The translations under genes were made by a program, and so were the position numbers. DNA of 64,000 nt. Source: Zancudomyces culisetae HAW-14-8. Taxonomy: Eukaryota > Fungi > Kickxellomycota. How positions within the stretch are numbered: the first letter of the stretch is position 1; every line of letters begins with the position of its first letter. The notes below the pieces were generated by a model. The model ran no database searches, was not told the DNA's origin, and saw nothing but the letters and a program-made list of their open reading frames with translations. Shown one piece after another: positions 14,401 to 25,280 of the stretch. The stretch covers positions 1,550,001-1,614,000 of the forward strand of contig JBNJNM010000021.1 in NCBI GenBank assembly GCA_052426225.1. Direction: 5' to 3'.

Positions 14401-15880
14401 GGCTTTGGATATAGTTGAGGGGCTTTTTAAGTGCTATAATCCGTCTTTGGTGTGGGAGTTGCACAATGTCATTACGATTCCATTTTTCAAAACGATTTTG
14501 TCTCTGAAAGACGGAAATGGTATTCTGACTCAGGGTGTGTTGATCAAGTTGCTGTTGGTAATTGAGACATTTGTCAAGCTGGTTGATTTTTCTTGGTACT
14601 ATGAAACTGAACCTGAACATGTACCTGAACCGCTACCTGGCCAAGGCATTCAAATCCAAAACAGCGTGTTGGAATTCCAAACCAAAGATAATTCAAAATC
14701 TCGATTGGAAAACCATTCACCTGCTTACCATGCTATTCAACAATTAACAGCGTGTATTACTGATTCTATAACCAAAATTTCATTTGCTTGTATTTCGATT
14801 AGTACTAGCAAGATTGAAAATATCAACAACAATAACATCAATACTAACTATCCAATTAATATACCCAAGAACGTAAACCAAAAGCAAAACCTCAACAACA
14901 AACAAACCGATTTGGAAAGGGACAAAAACGAAAGCGACTTATCGTTCATTTTAACCTGTACATTAATTTCAATTACTCATGAACTGTGTTTAAACTTGAC
15001 TTCGACATGTACTCTACTTGGCAAATCCACATACTTCCAAAACCTGGTGCTAAGCACACTAATAACTCTAAACAACACTGCCATTACTCCAACTGTATCT
15101 CAGGAACAACAAAGACAATTGTTTTGCGCAAACCTTGATAGCGCCGGCACTCTTGATCCCTACCTCCTTATGCTCAAGGATATCTTTACCTTTGTTGACC
15201 AAGGCTACGAGTTGCTTGATCCTAAAAATAGCAGCTGTGTAGTATATGCAATTGTGCTTGCTCTTGACATGCCGGTTCCTGATATTGTCATCAATGCATG
15301 TCAACTACTCAACATCCTCTTGTACAAACTCTTTTTCTCTAATTCTGCCTCTCTGAACCCCAGCAGTTTTGCATGCAACTTGAGGCTGCTTTTCTCCAAC
15401 CCGGACGACTTGTCTTCTTCTTCCACCTCGTGTTCGTTTGAGCTTGTTGAAAAGTTGCTTTTTCTTCTTTTGAAATCTCAATTCGATCCTGTAATTCTCG
15501 ATCATGTTGGAACTTCAATTATTCTGTTACATTTGTCTTCATTTCTCAATACTCAAACTTCTCAAATTACAAACCCTATGAACCCAAATACAAATACCTC
15601 TAATCTTTCTAATCAAAACACAAACGCTAGCCATTTAGTCAAACTTGCCTACCAATACTATTCCCAGAATACAAACATCAACCCCATCTCGGCTAACCGT
15701 ATCTTGATCAACTTTGATGCCTACATCTCAAGCATCAACAACCTTAAATCCGTAAACTTTCTGTTTTCCTCAATCTCCTCCGCCAATTCCAATATAGGAA
15801 TAGTAAACGATATCTTTTTGGAACAACGTCCAGTGCTACATGCTTTCTTGGTCGAAACTAGAGCTGTCTTATTGTTGTAG
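11429..15880 (+). CDS. Exportin-4-like karyopherin-beta with low-complexity insertions
   Basis: 1483-aa ORF; importin-beta-type N-terminus (AEQKLLKFK...AKFFAIQGITETIL...ITKRSWLD) and LPWEFHYKSKRLFE, ERVLNWEF resembling exportin-4. Confidence 0.72.
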   Translation: MDYEKEKKELEIACYEFQTAVNNSEAEQKLLKFKQRQDLLVFGQYIIKSADSSGAAKFFAIQGITETILERYTQMDLREVLEIRRQLIEYVIGNKEKTEGQFVSETICWSISVITKRSWLDISQEDRKQFIIEICSIISVGAGAIDVGEGEREGVERNGWNQKEKEARDRKTAMMIAIVVQLLEEFSTSTNLKRYKLPWEFHYKSKRLFEQEGALRMLFEASLAGLEQQILRSKDGLIKSSGEEILICERVLNWEFTKNDVESVMSEMIIEKGAFGREGNEYGNNTEDMNNGSGGPGSRQPRNVFPVEWAGVLFQAKTLQIFLQVYYKLPRNKSGYNKVRHSAMQCLVQMCGMKVQDQIEDKAMAETVESMRLLYYASTMDMLIQMAELTVTHSDLSKEMGAEEYVGLTEMNLGFMEMITIYNQSTRKSNDAEKRYIIKYITEQCDNTANYFNSVSLLTRFGIQEMMRLVENGEEVEQSIVVEGVTNLLDSWQVIIEEADNERRYYYDYNYNQGEQQLDQKINEFWEKVVVVYTRPVYQTYISLCLKAARTGVNFQMESDEYGRSLAGLSQHQSGIGGEDDDIEDGYFVEYDYFYNQVKLVSQFARLVDSRTILQYLSEEIRKRLTGMVEFGNNKMILARELKWLIMILGQVLADDSNGSEQVMIPEEVMNCSVEQTNRYMLDIGTECENDSFVNGRGGGGGNSNGVNSAAKNRLRTVNGLATDYLALEAVKCDSLATSIIKIHKLLMIVTAKYVEIVKQIQMQMQMQMSIQETTTTTKTTTTSSSSSSSSTATATTTTATARLRLCEDLLITIYDFFGRIIPVYFVIDENEYEIVSLTVSKSGLFGNKNECISLIDDLVLQCCESIKVQGLLKRNDDGSKIDDGSTNTPVTNSIVKMLTSLTKSRRILTGLLFHSENFQQVLVKELFDMLSYTEIIPRHLTSQVVYIIGTSYKLPLEIMNSMFTVYFVNIIGNDLGASGDTQLREQQVLLALDIVEGLFKCYNPSLVWELHNVITIPFFKTILSLKDGNGILTQGVLIKLLLVIETFVKLVDFSWYYETEPEHVPEPLPGQGIQIQNSVLEFQTKDNSKSRLENHSPAYHAIQQLTACITDSITKISFACISISTSKIENINNNNINTNYPINIPKNVNQKQNLNNKQTDLERDKNESDLSFILTCTLISITHELCLNLTSTCTLLGKSTYFQNLVLSTLITLNNTAITPTVSQEQQRQLFCANLDSAGTLDPYLLMLKDIFTFVDQGYELLDPKNSSCVVYAIVLALDMPVPDIVINACQLLNILLYKLFFSNSASLNPSSFACNLRLLFSNPDDLSSSSTSCSFELVEKLLFLLLKSQFDPVILDHVGTSIILLHLSSFLNTQTSQITNPMNPNTNTSNLSNQNTNASHLVKLAYQYYSQNTNINPISANRILINFDAYISSINNLKSVNFLFSSISSANSNIGIVNDIFLEQRPVLHAFLVETRAVLLL
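13706..13835 (+). repeat. Coding microsatellites (QM)n, poly-Thr, poly-Ser
   Basis: CAAATG, ACA and TCA/TCT runs inside the exportin ORF. Confidence 0.9.
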
Positions 15881-18616
15881 TACCTTTACAATTATCCATC
15901 CTGCTACAATATCCACCACAAACATTCCTATGTATCTCTTGTAGACTCTTTGTTTGTACTGGATCAGTCCATTTACAATTATTATTATCAGTAATATCGT
16001 CACTATTATCGTTCGTCCATTTTCGTTTCCTTTATCTCGCTCTATCACTTGGCTCTTTATTAGCCCCACAATTTTACTTGTAAATACAACTATTTTTATT
16101 ATTTCTTTACTTTTTTCCCAAGTTTCTACAAATCCAAACATCCTGATTCTGTACCTATTCTCGCCATAACCCATATCCATATCCACATCCATATCCATAC
16201 CCCTATCCATACCCATATCCATATCCATACCTTTATTCTCACCCTTTTCCTCATATCCACTCTTATCTAAATTTTTATTTTCATCACTATACATGCTCTC
16301 GATTGTAGGCAATGCCAATACTCTTCTGCGGCTTTTACCTATTTTCTTATACCTCCCATCATCCCACATCATCCCTGCAGCATCTCTACCACTGTCCTCA
16401 CCGATTTCATACCCTTTCATTATTTCATCTCGGCTATTCACTCCACGACTTTTGATTGGTGTGAATGCCATCATTTTACTTGCCTTTGCACTCTCGTATC
16501 TTTTCTTGCTTACTTGCTCGATTATTTCCTCTACATCTGGTCGCTTTTCCTTATCAACTGATAGTAGTCGCTTTATCAACTCTTTGAGTTCATCACTAAT
16601 TGGACCTTTTCCTCCCCGATCTTTTACTTTTGGAAACCTTACCTTTTTAAATCCCAATATTTGACTTCGTATTTTATCATAATCCTCCTCCTCCTCCTCC
16701 TCCTCCTCTTCTTCTTCTTCTTCTTCCTCCTCCTCCTCCTCCTCCTCCTCCTCCTCCTCCTCATACCGCTTCTCATAATCACCATCGCCATCACCATCTT
16801 CTTCGTTTATAACTAAACCATTAAATTCGTTCCCATTATCATCCCTATTATCAACACTATCTCTACTACTTTTCTTGTCCATTTTTTTATCAGTCTTCTT
16901 TAATTTTCTTACAAATGGTACGGTTGAATAACACAAAAAATACAAAATCGTTCCGAGCGACCACATATCCGCCTTGGTACTATATTCATCATAGTACTTT
17001 CCCTGTTCATTCACTCGCAACAGTTCCGGTGCCATATACTCCAATGTTCCTGTAGCCCCTGTCCGCTTTCCTTGCTGCCGACGACTTTCCTTCGTACTTC
17101 CAAAACCAGTTAATATTTCACACTCACCAAAATCCGACAACAGTACTCTGGGAATACTATCACCAACGCTGTTTTTCTCCCCACCACCCCTGTCCCCACT
17201 TCCAAACTCTCCTGTTCCATCTGGTTTTATTTTATCGCATTGAATTCCACTTACTCTTTCACTATTGTCTTTCCCATATTTACTTTCCGCTTTTAGTAAC
17301 AGATTCTGTGGTTTCAAATCTCTATATATAATTCCCTTTTTGTGTAAAAATAATAATCCTTCACATATATCCGAAAAAAATGCCCATATGTATTCTTCTG
17401 TCAAGTAATTTCGCTTTTTCTTTTTATTTCCCCCCTTATTTAATCCCGATCCCATCTTGTTTTCTCTTTCCAGCATTCTTTTTACTCTCAAGCTTTTCCT
17501 TGCCTTGCGACTCACACCATCTTCTACATCGATCCCACTTTCACCTCTGCCTCGCTTTCTTACACCATAATTGTCCCCGCTTCCATCACCACCACCGCTT
17601 CTATTCCTATCTCCACCCCCCTCAACAAATTCATACAAATTCCCCCCATCTGCATATTCCATCAATATCAAAAGCGTCGGAACTTCAGGTCCGAATTTTG
17701 TCAACCGCTGCATCTCAAGCCAACTGTGCTTGTAGTCAATGATATTCACATGGTTTAACCGTTCCAGAAGTTTTACCTCCTTCAACATTTTTATTAGCCA
17801 CTCATGATCATCCCCAACAGCCACTTTCTTCACCGCATATAACCCTAGCACCACTTCATCCAGTATATGCTGGCATTTATACACACTTCCTCTCAACCCT
17901 CGTCCTAGTTTTTTACCTTCATTAAAAAACCGCTCATAATACCCATTATTAAAAGATAATTGATTTAGTTTGAACCGTCGTTGTGAACTTTCTCCCCCCA
18001 TACTGTTAATTTCTGTAGTTTCCATATCTACTTCTACCCCTAGTTCGGTTGGTTGCTCTTCAGTGCTCTTGTATGGCAATCCCAACTTTTTACTCGTATT
18101 ATACGCCTTTAGTAGATATGTAAAGTACTCCTTGTTCATTATCAGATGATTTCCTCCACCACTTTCGTACCATAAATCCTCCTCCTCAAATTCCCTAAAA
18201 CAGGTAGGACAGTACCTACCACTATGAAGGTTGCCAATCCCACCGATCCCACCAATTCCAGATTCTCCTGCGTTCCCACCGCCGTGCCGCTCAAATGATT
18301 GGTATCTGTACCCAGGCTCTCCACTGCCAAGCTCATCCCTCATCCTCCTACCACTACCTCTTCTTCCTCTAAGCCCACCCATGTCTCTTGCACGACCAGA
18401 CTGAATATTCCTTCTACTTTCTAATTCCGTTGTCATCACATCGCTAGTCCCAAACCTAATCATTTCCTCACTACTCGATCTCACTCTGCCATCAAACATT
18501 TCCCTAACCGCCACCTGAGATGTGTTTGGGTTATACACAACCACTTTTTCGTTTTCTGGTTGGTATAAAATCACCTCTAGCGGATTGTATTTTACTATCT
18601 CCTTTCCCTCCTCCAT
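15869..18616 (-). CDS. IKS1: IKS1-family Ser/Thr protein kinase with hydrophobic C-terminus
   Basis: GYYERFF-LGRGLRGSV, YAVKKVAVGDDHEWL, YKHSWLE, YRDLKPQN, SDFG, GTLEYMAPE, DMWSLG; CPTC in the N-terminal region. Confidence 0.82.
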   Translation of the reverse strand: MEEGKEIVKYNPLEVILYQPENEKVVVYNPNTSQVAVREMFDGRVRSSSEEMIRFGTSDVMTTELESRRNIQSGRARDMGGLRGRRGSGRRMRDELGSGEPGYRYQSFERHGGGNAGESGIGGIGGIGNLHSGRYCPTCFREFEEEDLWYESGGGNHLIMNKEYFTYLLKAYNTSKKLGLPYKSTEEQPTELGVEVDMETTEINSMGGESSQRRFKLNQLSFNNGYYERFFNEGKKLGRGLRGSVYKCQHILDEVVLGLYAVKKVAVGDDHEWLIKMLKEVKLLERLNHVNIIDYKHSWLEMQRLTKFGPEVPTLLILMEYADGGNLYEFVEGGGDRNRSGGGDGSGDNYGVRKRGRGESGIDVEDGVSRKARKSLRVKRMLERENKMGSGLNKGGNKKKKRNYLTEEYIWAFFSDICEGLLFLHKKGIIYRDLKPQNLLLKAESKYGKDNSERVSGIQCDKIKPDGTGEFGSGDRGGGEKNSVGDSIPRVLLSDFGECEILTGFGSTKESRRQQGKRTGATGTLEYMAPELLRVNEQGKYYDEYSTKADMWSLGTILYFLCYSTVPFVRKLKKTDKKMDKKSSRDSVDNRDDNGNEFNGLVINEEDGDGDGDYEKRYEEEEEEEEEEEEEEEEEEEEEEEEEEDYDKIRSQILGFKKVRFPKVKDRGGKGPISDELKELIKRLLSVDKEKRPDVEEIIEQVSKKRYESAKASKMMAFTPIKSRGVNSRDEIMKGYEIGEDSGRDAAGMMWDDGRYKKIGKSRRRVLALPTIESMYSDENKNLDKSGYEEKGENKGMDMDMGMDRGMDMDVDMDMGYGENRYRIRMFGFVETWEKSKEIIKIVVFTSKIVGLIKSQVIERDKGNENGRTIIVTILLIIIIVNGLIQYKQRVYKRYIGMFVVDIVAGWIIVKVLQQ
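16685..16762 (-). repeat. (GAG/GAA)n encoding ~26 Glu in the kinase C-lobe
   Basis: CTC/TTC trinucleotide run; a (ATATCC)n Met-Asp repeat also lies at ~16170-16230. Confidence 0.95.
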
Positions 18617-21600
18617 CTTAGTATACCTTCTACCTCGATCGTATTTTGCTCGAATCTATTAGTTTTACAATTTAGTACACCTTGTTTGTCTTTAATATTA
18701 TGTAAATGAATAACCCAATTCAACATGGATTAAATAGAAAAATCTTTAAAAATATAGTATTCGACTATACCTAAAAAATATAACAATAAATTCAGTTGAG
18801 TATTATATGTTTTGTTTGTTTGAACTTTATTTGCTAGAGCAACCTAGAGTTTGCTATCCGTACCTGTTTTAGCAATAAAAAAAATTATAGATATAGAGTA
18901 TGTAAATATTCGACTTTTTAATATTTATCTTGCTTTGCTCTTTGTTTGTTTTTGAAATTACTAACTATTTATATAAGGAGCATATTATCAGTTATATTTC
19001 AAGGAATCTGCTCTAGTGAATATATTAAATCATAGAATTTCATTTGGCTATTTTATTGGATGAATCTAAAAAAAAAGCCTAAACCATAGACAGGAAACTA
19101 AACTATGCAAAAATTTCACAACCATTAATTAAAAACCAATGAAGTACCAGATATTTAAAGACCATCCAAATCCATAAATATTCAAATGTGGAAACTTGGG
19201 AGTCAAAAGAAGTTCAAAAAGCTTTCACCTAATACAGCTAATTATCTGTGTTAATTGTTTAAACTGTAAATTTTCATATGTTGCATAATGGTAAAACCAA
19301 CACTAGTTTAAATATAATCTTCTATAGTAAATCTACATATGACTAAATACCTCTTTTCAAAATGTAAATGAATAAAGATATTCATTGTTCTGGGAATGTA
19401 TTACTGCAAAACTATCAATTTCTCATTAATATATATTATGGTTATTTAAATAGCATTCAAATAGTTTATGATTAACAAATATATATATTTGCAAAGCTTA
19501 AAACATAATAGATAAAACTATTGTTAATTATTGGAAATATGATTGAAATGAACAAGAAGCTTGATTTAAAACTAACACGATTAATAACAATATTTTATGT
19601 TTAATAGTGTATAACAATATATATAATCTAGTATCAAAAATGCTATAAAAATGAAAACAATAAAGCTAAAATTAAATATTGTAAAATTATAACTACCTCA
19701 ATTGCTGAGATGTAATAAAAATTAAAAATCATATTAGATTAAGGTTGTATAAAGAACATATAGACATGATATTAAATGTTTATAGTTAAATGAGTAATTT
19801 ATGTTACTTGAATAATATTTCAACTTGATTAAAAAAAGTTAAAAGAAAATAGTTATAGTACGAATATAATATACAAGAATACCAGTGTAGTTTTTACTAA
19901 TCATGATAAATATGCAATGAGTCCCAAAAATATCTCAGTTTTACTGATACTTTTCTTATCTTAGATCTCAAACAATAATTGCCATTGTAATATTATAATA
20001 TATATTGTATATTTACCCAATTACTTATAAAACCAAGTAATTTATGATATGTCTTTTAAATAATCAGTGAGAAATTAACAATTTAAAATTATACCAATTG
20101 TCAATTTTGGAACTTTTAAATAATAAACATATAGAAATTATCTTTTTCATTTTTAGATACAAATAGTATATATAGATGTCGTCACATATTATTCATAAAA
20201 CAGTTGATAGTAAAACAAAATTAATAATATTAAAAAACTTTTAATAATATCTTAACCAAAAGCTGATATTTTAAATATTTAAAACAATTTTAACTTCAAG
20301 ATCAATGGTATACTTAATAATTTAAAGAGTAGTTACTAAAGTGTTTTTATAATCATAGAATCATTTCTAATCTTTTAACATTTAGTTAAATACTTTGTAT
20401 GATAAATTAAAATGTAAATTTTGAATTGAAAATTTGGTTGTATCAATAACCCTGAATATCGGATGCATTAGTACTTATGTATACTTGAGTATACATACTA
20501 GTGACGTAAGGGTGCTACTAAAAGAATATGTTAATTAAATAATACGATACAACTCCTATTCATACACATATATTTTTCTGTAGTCATAATTTATTTTAAT
20601 ACGCTATTGTTAAGCCATACAACACTAAAAATGCAAATTTTTATAAGAATATTTTAAATTATTTAATGGTTTCATAAGAGAACAATGTATTAATAGATAT
20701 TGCATCAGTAGCAATATATTATTAAAATAATCACCAAAAATAAATCTATCACAATGCTTTGACGTTTGTGGTGTTGTTAAAAACATTTAATAATAGGCTT
20801 TAGATGAGCAATTAGAATAAAGTTTTATACATCTTCTAATTGATTTAAATATATTCTTTGATGTAGGGATAATGTATAATTTTATTGATTATCCATTACA
20901 ATAATGAGTAGACAAATAAAATTAATGATTAAACTATCTTAGTTTTTCTATATTTTTAAATTTTAGGTTTAGAATATTATATTTCATTCTAGCAACAAAG
21001 GAATAATATGAACATTTAAAATTAAAGCTTTTTAAATTATCATGTACAACTCGAAACGACCTTAAAATAAATTAGCTTAGTAAGTTTTATTTTAAACATT
21101 TTTAGAATAAACATTAATATTCAATGTATATTAAATAGTCCCATAATGTCTAATTGTAATACTATCATGGAATTAATAAACCTTTATATCACATCGATAC
21201 ACGTATTTCTTTGTACAATTACCATGTTAAACTTATAAATTTGTAAAATTAATATACAATTATTGGGTGAAATCTGAAAATTTGCATACTTTTAAAACTT
21301 GTGTCTATTAGGGACACATGTTATACTTCAAGTATACCATTAAGATATGAATAAAAAGATAATTGTAATCAACTATTGAAATTTGCTGATCGTTTGGTAT
21401 TGTAGAATGACTGCTACACATTTTATGCTTGTATATCATTGCGATTCCTCAGCATAACAGGCTACCAATTAACGCATCGAAAATCATTATTAAGTGATAA
21501 TATGATTATATTATTGAAAACCCGAAAAATCAATATGTAGATAGATAGACAGCGGTAAAAGTAATTTTGAGTCTTGCTAACGGATTATACTTGTCTAATA

Positions 21601-22384
21601 CGTTTATATAGTTTTCCTATACTTACAGTAATTTTAAAATTTTATAATATATTTTTGTTTATGTATAAAGGAATAAAAATTATGTAGAAAAAAAAAATTA
21701 ATTCAAAAAGAATAATGGAAGTATTAATGACAAGTGTATAACTGTCATTAACTGACATGTAAAACTCGCAGTAACATTAATAGAACAAATAAAATAACCT
21801 ATTATACCTATATATTTTACAGTTTATATAACTAATTTGAATTAATATTATGTAAATCTGATATTGAAATTAATAATATGAATGATGGAATTATTGTAAT
21901 ATATAGTAGATGTAATAAGTTATCTGATATATTTTTCAGCTAATGTGATGGCTGAGTTTGGTATAGCACTGATTGTGTCAGTTATACTCAGGTCTCGGAT
22001 CACTTCACTAGTTCTGTTTGCCGTAATATGAATGTTTTTAATAACTTTTATTATTGTTGTAATAATAATAAAACACTAAGTAAACTATCTCAATGTAGTG
22101 TTAATTTCAATTACTAAGTATGTAAAAAACGTATATGTAAAGTATATTCTGTTAAGAAAGGCTAAAGATGTTTATTTTCGTTGTCCGCTTCGCTTTTATT
22201 TTACTGATCGTTCAGATATTCAGCTTTACTATTATAAATATTTAAATATAAAATAACTACAAGTTAATTGGTAGTTATATTATGCTAAGGTATCGCAGTT
22301 GATTCGCTAGCAAAAAGTATGTAGCCGTTATACTACATAATGAAGTTAAGCAAAAAATTTGAAATCACATTTGTAAAGGGATTG

Positions 22385-22390
22385 AAAAAA
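22385..22390 (-). terminator. Pol III T6 terminator
   Basis: TTTTTT 8 nt after tRNA-Lys; no T-run between the two tRNAs. Confidence 0.75.
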
Positions 22391-22398
22391 CATGTGTA

Positions 22399-22470
22399 AG
22401 CCCAACGCGGGGGTCGAACCCGCAACTTGAGATTAAGAGTCTCACGCTCTACCGATTGAGCTAGCCGGGC
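22399..22470 (-). tRNA. tRNA-Lys(CTT)
   Basis: GCCCGGC TAGCTCAATCGGTAGAGC G TGAGA CTCTTAA TCTCA AGTT GCGGG TTCGACC CCCGC GTTGGGC T; full cloverleaf with 4-nt variable region. Confidence 0.93.
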
Positions 22471-22472
22471 AG

Positions 22473-22545
22473 TGGAGAACCGGGGTATCGATTCCCGTAC
22501 CTCTCGCATGCTAAGCGAGCGCTCTACCATTTGAGCTAGTTCCCC
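22473..22545 (-). tRNA. tRNA-Ala(AGC)
   Basis: GGGGAAC...CTCGC TTAGCAT GCGAG...GTTCTCC A; G3:U70 pair; one A:C mismatch closing the T-stem. Confidence 0.92.
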
Positions 22546-22547
22546 TG

Positions 22548-23203
22548 TGTCGAGATACTAGATCCGGGTATCACGGCATAGCAACGTGTATTGGATCAGA
22601 TTACACGTTGCTGAACAATTACATTGTTCATTAAAGAAACGTTGAGATATGTATGAATGATTGTTAACAACACATTCATACACCAACGTTTCAACGCAAA
22701 CATTAATATAGTAATATTGTTTTTTATGGATGATAGTTTAGTGATTATTTTTAAAGAGTTAGTTTATATAAATAAAAGACATAGGATGAATTGGAAAGCG
22801 TCATCCATGTCTTAATATACGGACGTATAAATAAAAATCCATGTCTTAATATACGGACGTATAAATAAAAATCTAGTTCATAATAAAAAATTATATCAAA
22901 ACTACAAAAATGTACTACTCAAATGGGTATGAAGATGAGGAGATGGCAATAAGTACCACTTCATCATCTTCCGGAAGAAGTACTGGCAGCAGCATGGATC
23001 AGGATGCTGGGGTATTAAGCCCCCAGACCTTGAAAGATCTGACCACTAGCGTGCGTCAGATACAGATCCGTAGTAGCCTAGGGAGTCCGTCGGGGATCAG
23101 ACTTTCCCCTACACCTCCAAAGGGGTGTGTGTCACCCCATTCTGCGCAAATGGGGATAAGGTTACAGAGCAATTGTGTAACCCCCAGATCCCATATTGCG
23201 ACA
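22548..23203. mobile_element. Solo LTR U1 (656 bp), 2 nt upstream of tRNA-Ala
   Basis: TGTCG...CGACA ends; TSD CCTG at 22544-47 and 23204-07; homologous to U2/U3 in its right half. Confidence 0.85.
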
Positions 23204-23221
23204 CCTGTGTCGCTGTTGTAA
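22910..23221 (+). CDS. LTR-internal Ser/Thr-rich ORF (U1), possibly a Gag N-terminus
   Basis: Shares GSSMDQDAGVLSPxTLxxLTxSVRQxQIRxS with U2/U3, with many synonymous differences; open through the LTR end. Confidence 0.55.
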   Translation: MYYSNGYEDEEMAISTTSSSSGRSTGSSMDQDAGVLSPQTLKDLTTSVRQIQIRSSLGSPSGIRLSPTPPKGCVSPHSAQMGIRLQSNCVTPRSHIATPVSLL

Positions 23222-23901
23222 TTTTAGTTTGCAGAAAATTTCTCAGGAAATTTCCGCAACTAAACCTACAAAAAGTTCTGCTAATAGAGGGGGATTGTTA
23301 CTGGAATAAGTTTTACTTTATTTAACCAGTCAACCCTACCTTTTTAGCTTATATTTAATTTAGTTTTATGTATTTATTACTTCAATAAATGCGATAAAAC
23401 TGGGTAAAATTACGCCCAACTCCTAAAATTTGGTGTGCAAAACAATCAATTTTGGTCCAAAAATTAGACTCTGATACCTTTCTGATACCCTTTGAAAATT
23501 GTGTTACGCTTCACTACCTATGTTTTTTTTTGGTTTTAGGTAGGTTTTTGCTCAAATCACAAATTTCAATTTTATAGAGTAAAATCAAGTATTTTAGAGC
23601 TAATTTGTATTTTATTTAATGAATAACTTTTAAAAATAAAAAGATAAAACCACCAAACTTGTGGTGGGGTTACTAGTAATATACTAGTACCTGACTAGGA
23701 TATTAATTAGAACTTTATTTAATAGAAACATAAAATAAAACAATTAAAACTGAATATTTCTCCAACATTTGGGTAATTTATTACCCAAGAAATCCCAGAT
23801 TTCTTGCTCGAACACCCGAGATAACGGTGGTTATTCGGTGTTTGAGAAGCTGTATGCTGTTCATCCAATAGTTTAGCTTGAGTAGAACTAAGCATACAAC
23901 A
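23214..23901. mobile_element. Solo LTR family A, copy 1 (688 bp), inserted 6 nt into U2
   Basis: TGTTGTA...TACAACA; TSD TCGC; near-identical to 36791-37476. Confidence 0.9.
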
Positions 23902-24174
23902 TCGCATTATTAACAATTTGTACAATAGCAAGTGGATGTGCCTGAAAATGGTACACTCAGTGCGATAATGCAAATTCATTTTTGTTTACTTTTTTTAAAT
24001 AAATTCAAATAATTTTGAGCTCAGTATGCAATCAATTTTTCATACTGAGCTAGTTCAATAATGATGAATGTAAAATGTAAAATGATCCCATGCATTTTAC
24101 ATTTATCATTAATAACAAACAAAAATTAATAATATTATAACAATAGTCATATTTTAGAATTTAGTTTATATATA

Positions 24175-24760
24175 TGTTGCTTTGTTGATTTTCCCTTTGG
24201 CTGGACTATTCTTATTCATCCCGGCTTTACCAAAGGTAGGGTTCGCTCTTTTGTACTTTCTTTGTTAAAAAATGGAGTAAGAGTTTAGTAAAAGTTTGTT
24301 TATTATGAAAAATTATCCTAAAGTGTTTTTAAAACTTGTAAGAAAAACTAATATATTAATGACTGTTTTAACGACTAGGTAATTTGGTAAGCCCCGCTAA
24401 CAATCCTCGTTTTGGGTAAGTATTAGCGTGTTCCAAATCCTGTGTATATTTTCAGTATTTGAGTACTTAGTTTTTTTTTTTGAGATAGCTTTATTTGACA
24501 TTATTTTTTTTTTTTGTAAAACGTAAAATCTGTTTTGTCCCTCTTTTTAATTGCTTTGCCCTCCCCCGTTTCATATATAGAAAGTTTCAAAGCTCTTTAA
24601 AAATAAACTATTAACTTTTAATAAAGCATAAACTGAATAAAACATTAAAAATAAGACATCTTTATACTATATTTGCATCGAATTTTGGCGTTCATTTTAG
24701 TTGAAGTTTTCTGCGTTTTTCGAATTGACAGTGAAAATCAATTAAATTTACATTTCCACA
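24175..24760. mobile_element. Solo LTR (586 bp) nested in U2
   Basis: TGTTG...CCACA; TSD TATA; absent from the equivalent position of U3 (~43595). Confidence 0.8.
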
Positions 24761-24905
24761 TATAGTGGTTTAAAATTTGAATAATATTTTAAAGGAGACG
24801 TATGGATGACATATGATAACCTCATCCATGTCTCGATACGGAATAAAGAAAATATATTTAAATAAATTTATATTATAAAAACCAAAATTAACTCTTTAAA
24901 TTACA

Positions 24906-25280
24906 ATGTTTAACAACAACTGGATTGGAACTGGGGATGACTCCAGGAGGGAGTCATACACTTCTACCAGCATGAGCAGGGGCAGCAGCATGGATCAGGA
25001 TGCAGGGGTATTAAGTCCCCGCACCCTTGGTGAGTTGACAGAAAGTGTCCGTCAACTCCAGATCCGTAGGAGCCCGGAAGAAATGTCGGTGAGTACAATT
25101 TCACCGACACTGTACAGGGGTATTAGCTCACCCGAGCACCCCTCGATGCACATTGCATTACGCAATAGAAGTGCATCAACCATCAGTGATCGTACCAGAA
25201 CCGGTATAACACGTGATGGTAGCGCTAATGGAAGCAGTGATACTTCACATTATGCGACACCTGTGTGTTTTGTCGTATAA
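24906..25280 (+). CDS. LTR-internal Ser/Thr-rich ORF (U2)
   Basis: 124 aa, nearly identical to 43735-44130; reads through the LTR terminus (HYAT = CATTATGCGACA). Confidence 0.55.
   Translation: MFNNNWIGTGDDSRRESYTSTSMSRGSSMDQDAGVLSPRTLGELTESVRQLQIRRSPEEMSVSTISPTLYRGISSPEHPSMHIALRNRSASTISDRTRTGITRDGSANGSSDTSHYATPVCFVV

Larger units (their letters stand above)
23208..25259. mobile_element. Solo LTR U2 (770 bp net) with two nested solo LTRs
   Basis: TGTCGC...TGCGACA; TSD CCTG at 23204-07 and 25260-63; removing the inserts gives 770 bp, the same length as U3. Confidence 0.88.

Noticed and set aside
18700-22330. 3.6-kb AT-rich tract as a centromere or RIP product
   Set aside because: No repeat unit, termini or paired copy visible to test either idea.
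22333-22530. 65-aa ORF
   Set aside because: It is a translation of the two tRNA genes.
3511-22545. tRNA-themed gene cluster (DUS1, AspRS, exportin, tRNAs)
   Set aside because: Different compartments and substrates, the exportin resembles exportin-4 rather than exportin-t, and there is no synteny evidence; treated as coincidence.
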